Below, in pieces: positions 45,170 through 54,406 of a stretch of DNA of 64,000 nt (position 1 is its first letter; each line of letters opens with the position of its first letter). The notes beneath the pieces were generated by a model, which searched no databases, had not been told where the DNA came from, and worked only from the letters and a program-made list of their open reading frames with translations. The DNA is from a virus: IMG/VR virus record IMGVR_UViG_3300034008_000032; one strand, given 5' to 3'. The position numbers and the translations under genes were made by a program.

Positions 45170-45411
45170 TGGACCGCTGCACCTACTGTGGCCGGCGCCG
45201 GCAGTGCTGGGCTATCCAACGGAAGGGCGGAGGCAACTACCGCCGCGCCGGCCGGGGGTATTGGGGACGCATCTGCGGTGAGTGTGTGCTGTCCCTGCTG
45301 GACGGCAACGAGCACCGCGACGGGTCACAGACCGTGGACCGCTACAACCTGGGCAGTCTGCGCCGCATCGCCCGCCTACTTGTGCCAACAGAGGAAGGTG
45401 TGCCAAACTAG
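45169..45411 (+). CDS. zinc-finger-like hypothetical protein
   Basis: CTYC...ICGEC; TGATG coupling. Confidence 0.65.
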   Translation: MDRCTYCGRRRQCWAIQRKGGGNYRRAGRGYWGRICGECVLSLLDGNEHRDGSQTVDRYNLGSLRRIARLLVPTEEGVPN

Positions 45412-45415
45412 GCAC
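45380..45415 (+). promoter_or_regulatory. leaderless promoter/operator element
   Basis: TTGTGC-N15-TGC-CAAACT-AGGCAC-ATG(45416); perfect dyad GTGCC-N6-GGCAC. Confidence 0.78.
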
Positions 45416-45787
45416 ATGAACACCGCAGCCCCGAGTCAAGAGCCGCGCCGGATGGAGATGGCGCGCATGACGCCCAGCCAGAAGCGGATGACTGTGCAGT
45501 CCCTGATGGGGCGCCGGTCCCTGGTCTACGTGAAGGTGGCCAAGCCAACACCGCTGACGGTGGCGTTCGACGTGGAGGTAATCGGGGTGGGTGTGTCCCT
45601 GCTGGGTGACACCGACAAGGCTGTGGACCTGACCTGCCGCATGTACGGCGAGGACAACCGCTGGGCAACGGTCCCGCTGGCGTCCGTGGTGGGCATGACC
45701 CCGCTGCCGTGGCCCGTCACTGACCCCCGCCACCCGGACTACGTGGCCCCGAAAACTGTCTACACCGCACTACCCCCCCGCCGCTGA
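45416..45787 (+). CDS. hypothetical protein (leaderless)
   Basis: Start defined by the promoter element. Confidence 0.7.
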   Translation: MNTAAPSQEPRRMEMARMTPSQKRMTVQSLMGRRSLVYVKVAKPTPLTVAFDVEVIGVGVSLLGDTDKAVDLTCRMYGEDNRWATVPLASVVGMTPLPWPVTDPRHPDYVAPKTVYTALPPRR

Positions 45788-45830
45788 CTTAGCGGCTCTG
45801 GGATTCCAACCCCCACAGAAAGAAGGCACC

Positions 45831-46208
45831 ATGCCTCAGTCCATTTACGTGCACCTGCTGGACGGCACCTCGTGCACCGGCCGGCAGCACGACATCGGAG
45901 ACCCAGACATCCTCATCTGCGATGCGCATGACCGCCGAACCATGACCCGGGAGGCGCGGGCGCTGAGGCAGCAGCAACAGACCCCGGCCACACTGGAGGC
46001 TGCGGTGGGTGACACCCTGACAGGGCACCACCTGAGCCTGCCGCCCGGCAGTATTGTGCTGTCCAACGGACCCACAGGCACCGCCTACCAGCGGCACCAC
46101 CGCGACGGCATGTTCCACGGCACCAACGGGCGCATGTTCACGCAGGCAGACCTCATCCGCTACCAGGGTGCTGTGGTGGTCTACGTGGCACCCAAGGACG
46201 AGCGGTGA
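45831..46208 (+). CDS. hypothetical protein
   Basis: AAGAAGG SD. Confidence 0.7.
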   Translation: MPQSIYVHLLDGTSCTGRQHDIGDPDILICDAHDRRTMTREARALRQQQQTPATLEAAVGDTLTGHHLSLPPGSIVLSNGPTGTAYQRHHRDGMFHGTNGRMFTQADLIRYQGAVVVYVAPKDER

Positions 46209-46408
46209 AGCGCTGGCTGGCAAGACTGCTGGAGCGGCGCGCAACGTCTCTCCTGCCGCAGAGCCTGCGCGTCCGGCTGGCCGCCATTGGCGACGTGGAC
46301 GACTGCTACGAGTGCGACCGGCTGACCGTGTGGGACGGCGAGGTCTGCACCGGCTGCGGGCGCACCTGGGGCTACGACGCGGACTGGCCGTACGAGGTCA
46401 AGCCGTGA
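46205..46408 (+). CDS. small zinc-ribbon protein
   Basis: CYEC...CTGCG. Confidence 0.65.
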   Translation: MKRWLARLLERRATSLLPQSLRVRLAAIGDVDDCYECDRLTVWDGEVCTGCGRTWGYDADWPYEVKP

Positions 46409-47481
46409 GCGGCTTCGTGGACCCGCTGGCCCCCGAGGCGCTGTTCGAGTCGGAGGCGGCGCCGGCGGTCACCCTGGCCGACCGGTTCGGGGTGCCGCCG
46501 TTCAGCGTGTTGGACCGGCGGGCTGGGCTGTGGCAGGAGCGGAAGCGGGCGTGGCTGTCCCTGGGCATCAAGTCCGAGTTGGGGCGGGACACGAACCTGC
46601 TGAAGAGGTCCGGCTTCACCGATGACTACTTCAACGGCGCCGGCCAGTTCAAGCACAAGCGTGGCAGTGGCCCGCACCCGGGCGGCGGCGGTGGCGGTGC
46701 GTGGCTGGGTCAGAAGGCCGGCGGCGGCACCGCCTCCTATGACCCGAAGTGGGGCGGCGGGGACGGCGAGGCCGGGGATGTGGAGACGGTAGGCACGTCC
46801 ATCTTTGACCCGGTGCTGGCCGAGTTGGCGGTCCGCTGGTTCAGCAAGGTGGGCTGGCAGGTGCTGGACCCGTTCGCCGGCGGCAGTGTCCGTGGCATTG
46901 TGTCCGGGGTGCTGGGCCGGGACTACCTGGGTGTGGACCTGCGCGCCGATCAGGTGAACGCCAACTGGCAGCAGATCGGTCTGGTGCCGGACGGGCTACC
47001 CAAGCCGCGGTGGCTGGCTGGTGACAGCCTGCACGTGCTGCCAGCGCTGACCCACTTTGCTGCCGACCTGATCCTGACCTGCCCCCCGTACGCCGACCTG
47101 GAGGTGTACTCGGACGACCCGCGGGACCTGTCCACCATGGACTACGACATGTTCCTCGTGGTGCAGCAGGCCATCCTGGCGGAGGCCGTTGAGCACCTGC
47201 GACCAAACCGGTTCGTGGTGTGGGTGACCAGCGATGTGCGGGACAAGGCAAAGGTGGGCAGTCCGTACCGGGCGCTGGTGGCTGACACCATCCATGCCGC
47301 GCAGGACTGCGGGCTCGAGTTGTACAACGACCTGGTGATTCTGGACCCGGTGGGGTCTGGTGCTGTGCGCGCCGGCCGTCACTTCTCCAGCGCCCGCAAG
47401 GTCATCCGTATGCACCAGCATGCGCTGGTGTTCGTGAAGGGCGACCCGAAGGTCGCCACAGACGAGATGGGGACGGTGTGA
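46405..47481 (+). CDS. DNA methyltransferase (N4-C/N6-A type), copy 1
   Basis: VLDPFAGGSVRG (SAM binding) precedes TCPPY (catalytic). Confidence 0.88.
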   Translation: MSGFVDPLAPEALFESEAAPAVTLADRFGVPPFSVLDRRAGLWQERKRAWLSLGIKSELGRDTNLLKRSGFTDDYFNGAGQFKHKRGSGPHPGGGGGGAWLGQKAGGGTASYDPKWGGGDGEAGDVETVGTSIFDPVLAELAVRWFSKVGWQVLDPFAGGSVRGIVSGVLGRDYLGVDLRADQVNANWQQIGLVPDGLPKPRWLAGDSLHVLPALTHFAADLILTCPPYADLEVYSDDPRDLSTMDYDMFLVVQQAILAEAVEHLRPNRFVVWVTSDVRDKAKVGSPYRALVADTIHAAQDCGLELYNDLVILDPVGSGAVRAGRHFSSARKVIRMHQHALVFVKGDPKVATDEMGTV

Positions 47482-47711
47482 CCTGGGACCAAGGCGCCCC
47501 CGAGCCGCCACCCGAGGTGGTCTGCGTCACTGACTACAGCACACCAGATTGGGACCCGTGCGACCCAGCCAGTCCCCGCTGGGGGCGCACAACGGACGGG
47601 CACTGGAAGGGCTACAAGAACGGCTACAAGACCTACGTGGGGTGGGACGAACTGACCCGGCGCTGGGGGCCACTGACCGATACTGGACTACGACTGAAGG
47701 GCGCAGAATGA
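47478..47711 (+). CDS. hypothetical protein
   Basis: GTGA/ATGA overlaps; WDELTRRWGPLT. Confidence 0.65.
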   Translation: MTWDQGAPEPPPEVVCVTDYSTPDWDPCDPASPRWGRTTDGHWKGYKNGYKTYVGWDELTRRWGPLTDTGLRLKGAE

Positions 47712-48748
47712 CCACAGCAGAGGGCTGGGCAGAGCAGGGCGAGGACGCGGGACTGTTTGACTACGAGCGGCCCGCTGCGGTGTCCCTGGCAGACAAGTTC
47801 GGGGTGCCTCCCATGTCGGTGCTGGACCGCCGGGCAGGGGACTGGCAGGCCCGCAAGCGGCGGTGGCTGACCATGGGCATCGAGTCCGAGTTGGGGCGCG
47901 GAGGGGACCTGCTGTTCAACGCCGGCATCCCGGTGCCTGGGCAGCGGCCCGGCTACGACCCTGCGAAGGCGTCGGCGGTGGGCATCACCGCCCCCGGACG
48001 CGACGACTTCCTGGCCCGGCTGCTGCGCGGCGAGGAGAACAACTACAGCCCGCTGAAGGCTGCCGGGGTGTCGGTGTTCGACCCGGTGCTGTGCGAACTG
48101 GCGTACCGGTGGCACACCCTGGTGGGTGACGCTGTGCTGGACCCGTTCGCGGGCGGCTCGGTGCGCGGCATTGTGGCCAGCGTGCTGCAGCGCAACTACA
48201 CCGGCATAGACCTGCGCGGCGAGCAGGTGGCAGCCAACCGCACCCAAGCGCACCTGGGGACCAACAACCACTGGCCGGTGTGGATCGAGGGCGACAGTAC
48301 CGCCATGGACACCCTGCTGCACCCTGACGGGCGCTACGACATGCTACTCACCTGCCCGCCGTACGGCGACCTCGAGGTGTACAGCGACGACCCCCGGGAC
48401 CTGTCCACCATGGACCACCAGCAGTTCCTGGCGATGCAGCAGGTCATCATCTATCGGGCTGCGGAGCGGTTGCGTGAGCACCGGTTCGCGGTGTGGGTCA
48501 CCAGCGACATCCGCGACAAGAAGGGTGCGTACCGTGGGCTGGTCGCTGACACGATCGGCCAGTTCGAGTCGGCCGGTATGCGGTTCTGGAACGACGCTGT
48601 GCTGCTGGACCCGGTGGGCACCGCAGCCGTCCGCGCCGAACGCCCGTTCCGGGCCAGCCGCAAACTGACCCGCGTGCACCAGCACATGCTGGTGTTCCTG
48701 AAGGGTGACGCCAAGCAGGCGACCCAGCGCCTCGAGGGTGACGCATGA
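47708..48748 (+). CDS. DNA methyltransferase (N4-C/N6-A type), copy 2
   Basis: VLDPFAGGSVRG, TCPPYGDLEVYS; paralog of 46405-47481. Confidence 0.88.
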   Translation: MTTAEGWAEQGEDAGLFDYERPAAVSLADKFGVPPMSVLDRRAGDWQARKRRWLTMGIESELGRGGDLLFNAGIPVPGQRPGYDPAKASAVGITAPGRDDFLARLLRGEENNYSPLKAAGVSVFDPVLCELAYRWHTLVGDAVLDPFAGGSVRGIVASVLQRNYTGIDLRGEQVAANRTQAHLGTNNHWPVWIEGDSTAMDTLLHPDGRYDMLLTCPPYGDLEVYSDDPRDLSTMDHQQFLAMQQVIIYRAAERLREHRFAVWVTSDIRDKKGAYRGLVADTIGQFESAGMRFWNDAVLLDPVGTAAVRAERPFRASRKLTRVHQHMLVFLKGDAKQATQRLEGDA

Positions 48749-49092
48749 CCAGCCCTGACGAGGCAAGCGCGCTGTTGGCCCGGCACCTGCGGGTGCTGGC
48801 GTCAGCGGCTGGTGTGACGGACTGGCCGGCGTACATCAGGTCCGTCGCTGACCACCACGACGCCGGCACCGCATGGCTGGACGAGGACATGCTCGACGGG
48901 GTAACGTTATGCGGCTCGCCGGCGGCCGACGTGCCCATGTTGGCCACCTACCACCCCCAGTGCCACACCTGGGTGCCGTGCATGCTGCCAGCCGGCCACG
49001 ACCCCCGCGCAGGGCATTGGTCCACCAGCGGCAGCGCCGGCGGGCAGGTCCGCTGGACGGACGGCACCGACCCCATGGTGCTGCCGTGCTGA
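48745..49092 (+). CDS. hypothetical protein
   Basis: ATGA overlap. Confidence 0.65.
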   Translation: MTSPDEASALLARHLRVLASAAGVTDWPAYIRSVADHHDAGTAWLDEDMLDGVTLCGSPAADVPMLATYHPQCHTWVPCMLPAGHDPRAGHWSTSGSAGGQVRWTDGTDPMVLPC

Positions 49093-49208
49093 CCCGGGAG
49101 CAGGTGGAGGTGTGGGTGCAGCGGGCATGCTTGGCCGGTATCGCTGTCGCCGGTCTAGCGCTAGTGGTGCTGGCAGTGTGCGTTCTGCTGGCGCTGGTGC
49201 TGCAGTGA
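49086..49208 (+). CDS. small membrane peptide
   Basis: Hydrophobic stretch; TGATG coupling to the next gene. Confidence 0.5.
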   Translation: MLTREQVEVWVQRACLAGIAVAGLALVVLAVCVLLALVLQ

Positions 49209-49354
49209 TGGACAAGACGTTGGCTGCCGTGCAGGCGGCGGCGGCCGGGCTGCGCCAAGGCTGCCAGGTGGTCATGCTGACCTGCATCCTGTCACTGCTG
49301 CTACTGGCGGTGGCTGTGCTGCTGGGGTTGATAGCGGGCCCGCAGTGGCGCTGA
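49208..49354 (+). CDS. small membrane peptide
   Basis: Hydrophobic stretch. Confidence 0.5.
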   Translation: MDKTLAAVQAAAAGLRQGCQVVMLTCILSLLLLAVAVLLGLIAGPQWR

Positions 49355-49521
49355 CACCCGACCTGCGCGCCTACCTGGCTGGGCTGCCCGGCCGCTGCAC
49401 CGAGTGCTGCAGACACATAGCCAGGCAGGGTGGTCACGCAGAGGGTTGTAGGGGTACGATGCCAGAACCGGTTCCGCCAGATGACCAGCCGGCCCTGAAC
49501 GAAATTGAGGGCCAGGGTTGA
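49345..49521 (+). CDS. small hypothetical protein
   Basis: Hand-translated MALTPDLRAYLAGLPGRCTECCRH... Confidence 0.45.
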   Translation: MALTPDLRAYLAGLPGRCTECCRHIARQGGHAEGCRGTMPEPVPPDDQPALNEIEGQG

Positions 49522-49574
49522 CCAGACCCTGACCCTCGCAGCACCACTAGTTGACCGACTAAGCCTAGGAAGTA

Positions 49575-49982
49575 GTGCCAGTGAAAACTATACCAACATC
49601 GGCCACGCACCGTCCAGTGGAACGCCAGCCTGTCTCACACGCGCTGCGCTGGGCGACATTGTGCCGCTACAACTTCTCGTGCCGCTACTGTGGACTACCC
49701 GCCGGTGTGGTGGTGCTGCAGATCGAGCACGTCATCCCCGTGGCCCACGGCGGCACCAGTGACCCGTGGAACCTCGTTCCTGCCTGCGCCGAATGCAACC
49801 GAGGCAAGGGCGTCACGATGCCGCCGGCAGACCTGCTGCGGGCGGTCTGGGCTGAGTACATGGCGCACCCGGCACCGTACGTCCGGCAGTGCCTGGTCTG
49901 CCTCGAGCCGACCTTGTCTGACCCCGCCTGCCCGCCGCTGTGCGAGGACTGCTGCGGACGCATCATGGCGGTGCAGGCATGA
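49575..49982 (+). CDS. HNH endonuclease
   Basis: CRYCG...IEHVIPVAHGG...NLVPACAECNRGKG. Confidence 0.88.
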   Translation: MPVKTIPTSATHRPVERQPVSHALRWATLCRYNFSCRYCGLPAGVVVLQIEHVIPVAHGGTSDPWNLVPACAECNRGKGVTMPPADLLRAVWAEYMAHPAPYVRQCLVCLEPTLSDPACPPLCEDCCGRIMAVQA

Positions 49983-50857
49983 GCGGCACACTGCCCGAGG
50001 TCACTCAGGAGCGCGAGGGATGGTCAAAGGTCCCTCACTGGTTGCTGCGCGAGGTCAACCCAACGTGCGTGGTTGTGTACGCCCACATGGCGTCGTACGC
50101 CTGGCTGCCTGACGGCGCCCGGCCGCCGGTGTCACGCATAGCCAAGGAGTTAGACATGTCCGTACGAACCGTTCAGCGGGCACTGGGTGACCTGGCAGAC
50201 CACGGCGCAATCGAGGTAACCGAGCGGTGGTCTGAGGTTGGCCAGCAGATGCCCAGCCGATACCACCTACGGCTGACAAAGAAGGAGGGTGCCAAATCTG
50301 ACACCCTCCAAGGAACTACGTCGAACCACCAGGGTGACAAATCTGACACCCTCCCGCTTGGGGGTGACACGGATGACACCCCCGGGGGTGACACCAGTGT
50401 CACCGGGGGGGTGACACTGGTGTCACCCGAACAAGAACAACAAGAACAAGACCCAAGAAAGATGGCCCGCGAAGCGGCCCGTGCTCGTTCGGATGCGCTT
50501 TTCGCTGAGTTCTGGACGGTGTACCCGCGGCACGAAAAGAAGCAGTTGGCCAAGCGAAAGTGGGACACGCTGGTGCTGACCAAGGGCGTGGACCCGCTGG
50601 ACATACTGGCCGGCGCACGGGTGTATGCCCGCGCCAACGCCGCCCAGAAGCCCGAGTACATCGCCCACCCCACGTCATGGCTAAACGCCGGCCGCTGGGA
50701 GGACGAGGTGGTCACTAAGGGCAGCCCGGCGCCCACCCCGCCGCCTGCGCTGCCCGTGGTGCTGAACGACAGCCGCGAGCCTGACTGGATCACAGCAGCA
50801 CCGCAGCCCCGTCAGCCCACACCCCCTGTCCCGTCGAACGTCCGGAGCATTCGGTGA
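49979..50857 (+). CDS. replication initiator (HTH, lambda O/RepA-like)
   Basis: N-terminal wHTH IAKELDMSVRTVQRAL; C-terminal FAEFWTVYPR...HPTSWLNAGRWEDE; internal iterons; DnaB downstream. Confidence 0.85.
   Translation: MSGTLPEVTQEREGWSKVPHWLLREVNPTCVVVYAHMASYAWLPDGARPPVSRIAKELDMSVRTVQRALGDLADHGAIEVTERWSEVGQQMPSRYHLRLTKKEGAKSDTLQGTTSNHQGDKSDTLPLGGDTDDTPGGDTSVTGGVTLVSPEQEQQEQDPRKMAREAARARSDALFAEFWTVYPRHEKKQLAKRKWDTLVLTKGVDPLDILAGARVYARANAAQKPEYIAHPTSWLNAGRWEDEVVTKGSPAPTPPPALPVVLNDSREPDWITAAPQPRQPTPPVPSNVRSIR
50287..50428. repeat. five dyad iterons (probable replication origin)
   Basis: GGGTGNCA-N4-TGNCACC(C) at about 50287, 50332, 50362, 50386 and 50409; A-rich tract follows (50430-50460). 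Confidence 0.75.
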
Positions 50858-51102
50858 TGACAGATACCGCGTTTGTCCTGGTGACGCTGCTGTTTTGCTG
50901 GCATGTTGCGGCATGGATTGTGCTGGTGTGCTGCGAGAGCGTCCGCCTGCTGCCTTTGCCGCCGCGGTGGCCGCTGCTGTACACGGTGGTGGTGTGGCTG
51001 CTGGCCCCTGCGGCTGCGCTGGCTCTGCTGCCGGGGTTTGTGCTGCTGCGGCTGCTGCTGCCCACCTGGCGTGACGTTGACGCCTACGAGGTGGAGTCGT
51101 GA
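50857..51102 (+). CDS. membrane protein
   Basis: Two hydrophobic helices. Confidence 0.6.
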   Translation: MTDTAFVLVTLLFCWHVAAWIVLVCCESVRLLPLPPRWPLLYTVVVWLLAPAAALALLPGFVLLRLLLPTWRDVDAYEVES

Positions 51103-52631
51103 GCGCGCTACCTGTAGGTCATGAGCAGCCGCTGCGGCGCCGTCCGCGGGCTATCACCCCGGACATGGTGCCGTACGGCGACGACGGCCCCGAGGACTAC
51201 CAGCCGGTGGACGTGGTGGTGGTGGAGGATGAGCCGGTGGTGGTCGCGCCCCGCCCTGACGATGTGGTGGTCGAGGACGACGGCGCGGTGGACGCGGTGG
51301 CGATGCTGTCCGGGCCGGCTACCGGCCCCAACGACCTGTGGTGGGAGCGGGCGGTCATAGCCAGCGTCTTGCAGGGCTACCAGGACGTGGCTGGGCTGGC
51401 GCGGGTGGTCACCCCGCAGGACTTCTACCAGCCCATGCACGAGGAAATCTGGCAGACCATTGTGGACCTGTGGGTGGACGGGGTGACCCCGACCGTCCTC
51501 ATGGTGATGGACCGCATGGGCATGGCCGCGCACCGGCTGCCGCGGGGCCCCATCTACCTGTCAGACCTCGCCTCCTCTGTGGATGTGCGTCCGGCGCAGG
51601 CAGCGGACTACGCAGAGCGGGTGCGGGACTGCAGCATCAAGCGGCAAATCCGGGATATGGGCATTCGGGCGATGCAGTTGGTGGAGAACGCGGACTACAA
51701 GGGCTACGAGATGCTGGCCCGGCTGCAGGGGTGGTTTGATCGGGTGCAAGACCGTCAGACCACCGGCGCGTCCGATATCACCAGCGCCTTCGAGAAGGTC
51801 ATCGACATCGCAGAGAACGGGCAGACGCTGGGCATTGACAGCCCATGGCCGGACCTGGACGAACTGCTGGGCGGTGCGTTCCCGGGCCAACTGATTGTGC
51901 TGGGCGCCCGCCCCGGTGTCGGCAAATCCATCTTCGGGGAGAATTGGGCTACGCACACCGCCCGGCAGCCCGGCAACGAGGTGCTGTTCTGCAGCATGGA
52001 AATGTCGGACGCCGAGTTGACGATGCGGACCATGGCGCACACTGCCGGGGTGAACCTGACCCGGCTGCGGACCGGCCGGGACGCCCTCACCGAGTCAGAT
52101 TGGCAGCGCATCCGTGACGCGTCCGCCACCGTGACTGGAGCGCACATCACGTACGTGGACGAGGCCACACAGACCATCACCAGCATCACCATGGCCGCCC
52201 GGCAGGCGCACCAGCGTGCCCGCCGCAACGGCCGCCGGCTGGCCCTCATTGTGGTGGACTACGTGGGGCTCATCACCGCCAGCAACTCCCGCCACAACGC
52301 CCGCGAGACCATCAACGAGGCCACCCGCGGGCTGAAGAAACTGGCGAAGGAGTTGGACTGCGCAGTGCTGCTGCTGGCGCAGTTGAACCGGCAGGCGTCC
52401 GGCCGGGCGAACCCGCAGCCAGTGCTGACTGACCTGAAGGAGTCCGGCAGCCTGGAGCAGGACGCGGACGTGGTGCTGCTGCTGCACGAGGTGGAAACCG
52501 AGGACGGCGACCGTGTCATCAAGACCGGCGAGGTGCTGTGCATCGTCCCCAAGTCCCGCAACGGCCCCACCGGGGTGCGGTCATTCGACAAGTGGGGCGC
52601 CTACGCCAGTCTGAGAACTCGCGGCGCCTGA
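51099..52631 (+). CDS. dnaB: replicative DNA helicase
   Basis: GARPGVGKS, FCSMEMS, IVVDYVGLI, LAQLNR, DLKESGSLEQDADVV. Confidence 0.95.
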   Translation: MSALPVGHEQPLRRRPRAITPDMVPYGDDGPEDYQPVDVVVVEDEPVVVAPRPDDVVVEDDGAVDAVAMLSGPATGPNDLWWERAVIASVLQGYQDVAGLARVVTPQDFYQPMHEEIWQTIVDLWVDGVTPTVLMVMDRMGMAAHRLPRGPIYLSDLASSVDVRPAQAADYAERVRDCSIKRQIRDMGIRAMQLVENADYKGYEMLARLQGWFDRVQDRQTTGASDITSAFEKVIDIAENGQTLGIDSPWPDLDELLGGAFPGQLIVLGARPGVGKSIFGENWATHTARQPGNEVLFCSMEMSDAELTMRTMAHTAGVNLTRLRTGRDALTESDWQRIRDASATVTGAHITYVDEATQTITSITMAARQAHQRARRNGRRLALIVVDYVGLITASNSRHNARETINEATRGLKKLAKELDCAVLLLAQLNRQASGRANPQPVLTDLKESGSLEQDADVVLLLHEVETEDGDRVIKTGEVLCIVPKSRNGPTGVRSFDKWGAYASLRTRGA

Positions 52632-52634
52632 CTG

Positions 52635-52670
52635 TTGACCACACCCATGCTGGCATGCCACAATTGGTAC
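52635..52670 (+). promoter_or_regulatory. leaderless promoter/operator element
   Basis: TTGACC-N15-TGC-CACAAT-TGGTAC-ATG(52671). Confidence 0.8.
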
Positions 52671-52919
52671 ATGACCAAGCCCACCGAGAACGCCACCCAC
52701 CCGCTGCTGACGTGGACCGCCGCGGACCTGCGGCTGTGCATCGGACTGCAGGTGCCGGACGGGGTGACCGCAGTGGAGTGGGACACCACCGACAGCAAGG
52801 GCTGCTTCGTGCTGTCGGACGGGCGGGTGTTCGTCCGCAACCCTGACTTCCCGCGGTGGTCCGCGGATCGCTGGGTGGACGCCCGCGATGACGTGTCCAT
52901 GACCGAGGCCACAGCGTGA
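52671..52919 (+). CDS. hypothetical protein (leaderless)
   Basis: Start defined by the promoter element. Confidence 0.7.
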   Translation: MTKPTENATHPLLTWTAADLRLCIGLQVPDGVTAVEWDTTDSKGCFVLSDGRVFVRNPDFPRWSADRWVDARDDVSMTEATA

Positions 52920-53266
52920 CTGACGCCCACACCTTGACGTGTCCTGGCGATGACGGGTGCACCTGCGTCGAGCCGGGTACTGTCCGGGCACCGCACCGGG
53001 CACCTTCTGTGTTCATGGCCCGCTGCACAGCCGGCCATGTCACCCGCGGCACCGCAGACCAATTCAACGCCGGCCGCGGGTATCTGCGGTGCGACTGCGG
53101 GCTGACCGCGCCCGCAAACCGCATGGACGTGCAGCACCGCCCCACCATCCCGTGCGGCCCGCGCTGCTGGCGCGCGCACGGCACCACCTGCCACTGCGCG
53201 TGCGCCGGCGTCAACCACGGCACAGCACTCGCCTACACCGAAACCCGAAAGCCGAGGCTCGTATGA
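52916..53266 (+). CDS. Cys-rich metal-binding protein
   Basis: CGPRCWRAHGTTCHCACAGVNHG. Confidence 0.7.
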   Translation: MTDAHTLTCPGDDGCTCVEPGTVRAPHRAPSVFMARCTAGHVTRGTADQFNAGRGYLRCDCGLTAPANRMDVQHRPTIPCGPRCWRAHGTTCHCACAGVNHGTALAYTETRKPRLV

Positions 53267-53736
53267 CCCTGCACCGCAGCCAGTCAGACCCTGACGCGCT
53301 AAGCGCGGACCGCATCAAGCAGCACGTCCTGCAACTCGAGCAGGTGGGGACATCGGCGGTGGTGGACCGGGTGAACCTGCAGCGCATGGATGTGCGCGTC
53401 ACCGAGGAGTTCGTGGCAGGCAGCCTGCGTGCGTCCCTGTACGGCTACGTGCTGTCTGAACGCCTGGCCGAGGACACCGTGACCGAGAGTGTGTGCGTGC
53501 CAGCCACCTGGGTGGATCACGCCAAGGACGCGCTGCGCGAGTGGGTGGAGGAGCGGGATCTGCGGGCCCGGCCGGTCTACTGGCTGCTGCGCCGTTGGCC
53601 GGTACGTCACCGCGAGGTCACCCTGACCGCCACCTGGCATCGTGCGGCCACCCGCCCCATGTCCACCCTGCAGGTGGACAGCCTGGGGCCTGTCGTCTAC
53701 CAGGAGCGCAGCAGCCACCACCTGGACGGTGTGTGA
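53263..53736 (+). CDS. hypothetical protein
   Basis: ATGA overlap. Confidence 0.7.
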   Translation: MTLHRSQSDPDALSADRIKQHVLQLEQVGTSAVVDRVNLQRMDVRVTEEFVAGSLRASLYGYVLSERLAEDTVTESVCVPATWVDHAKDALREWVEERDLRARPVYWLLRRWPVRHREVTLTATWHRAATRPMSTLQVDSLGPVVYQERSSHHLDGV

Positions 53737-54047
53737 TGGGGTGGCCGTGGGTGGCGCTGCGCGCCCGGCGTGCCCCGCAGGGCCGACTGCCCGGCTGGGA
53801 GGCTGACGGGTGGGCGTTCCCGTCAGCCCGCCGAAGCCTGCTGCGCCGCATCGATGACTGGCTGGACCAACTGGGCGCACCCCCACCCGGCGTGTGCATG
53901 CTGTGCGGCGGACCCGCCGAGTCAGACGATGACCTGTGCACCACCTGCGACACCAGCATGACCCCCACCGCGCACCTGCGGGCCGTCGACGCCTGGTTCA
54001 CCCGCAACCCACCCCTCGAGCAGCAGGACAGGAGCCAGCACACATGA
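53736..54047 (+). CDS. hypothetical protein with a Zn ribbon
   Basis: CMLCG...LCTTC. Confidence 0.6.
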   Translation: MGWPWVALRARRAPQGRLPGWEADGWAFPSARRSLLRRIDDWLDQLGAPPPGVCMLCGGPAESDDDLCTTCDTSMTPTAHLRAVDAWFTRNPPLEQQDRSQHT

Positions 54048-54406
54048 CCGCCACCACACCACCGGCGCTGCCGTTCACCCGCCAGCCCGGCCGCATACCC
54101 CCGCTGGGGGTGCAACGCTGGGACCCCGAGTACTGGGTGCCGTACGTCATCGGGGTCGGCGGCTTCCTGGCCGTCCCGGAGGTCCGCGGCATCTTGGTGA
54201 ACATGCGCCAGCGCCGCGAAGTGCGCATGGGGCTGCGGGAGCAGGTGGACTACTGCCACCGCACCATCACCGAATGCGTCACCGCCCTGGCCGCCTTCCA
54301 CCCGGACACCCGAGATGTGCCGTGGGCGAAGGTCCGCCGCACCGTGCTGGTGTGCACCCTGGCGTGGCTGTGCGTCCACTTCCTGTCCAACGCGGAGACC
54401 GTGTGA
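54044..54406 (+). CDS. hypothetical protein
   Basis: ATGA overlap; hydrophobic segments. Confidence 0.65.
   Translation: MTATTPPALPFTRQPGRIPPLGVQRWDPEYWVPYVIGVGGFLAVPEVRGILVNMRQRREVRMGLREQVDYCHRTITECVTALAAFHPDTRDVPWAKVRRTVLVCTLAWLCVHFLSNAETV

Noticed and set aside
49440-49480. ATGCCAGAACCGGTTC near 49459 as a twelfth regulon copy
   Set aside because: The -10 lacks the final T, the right arm is poor, TTG spacing is wrong, and it lies inside a small ORF
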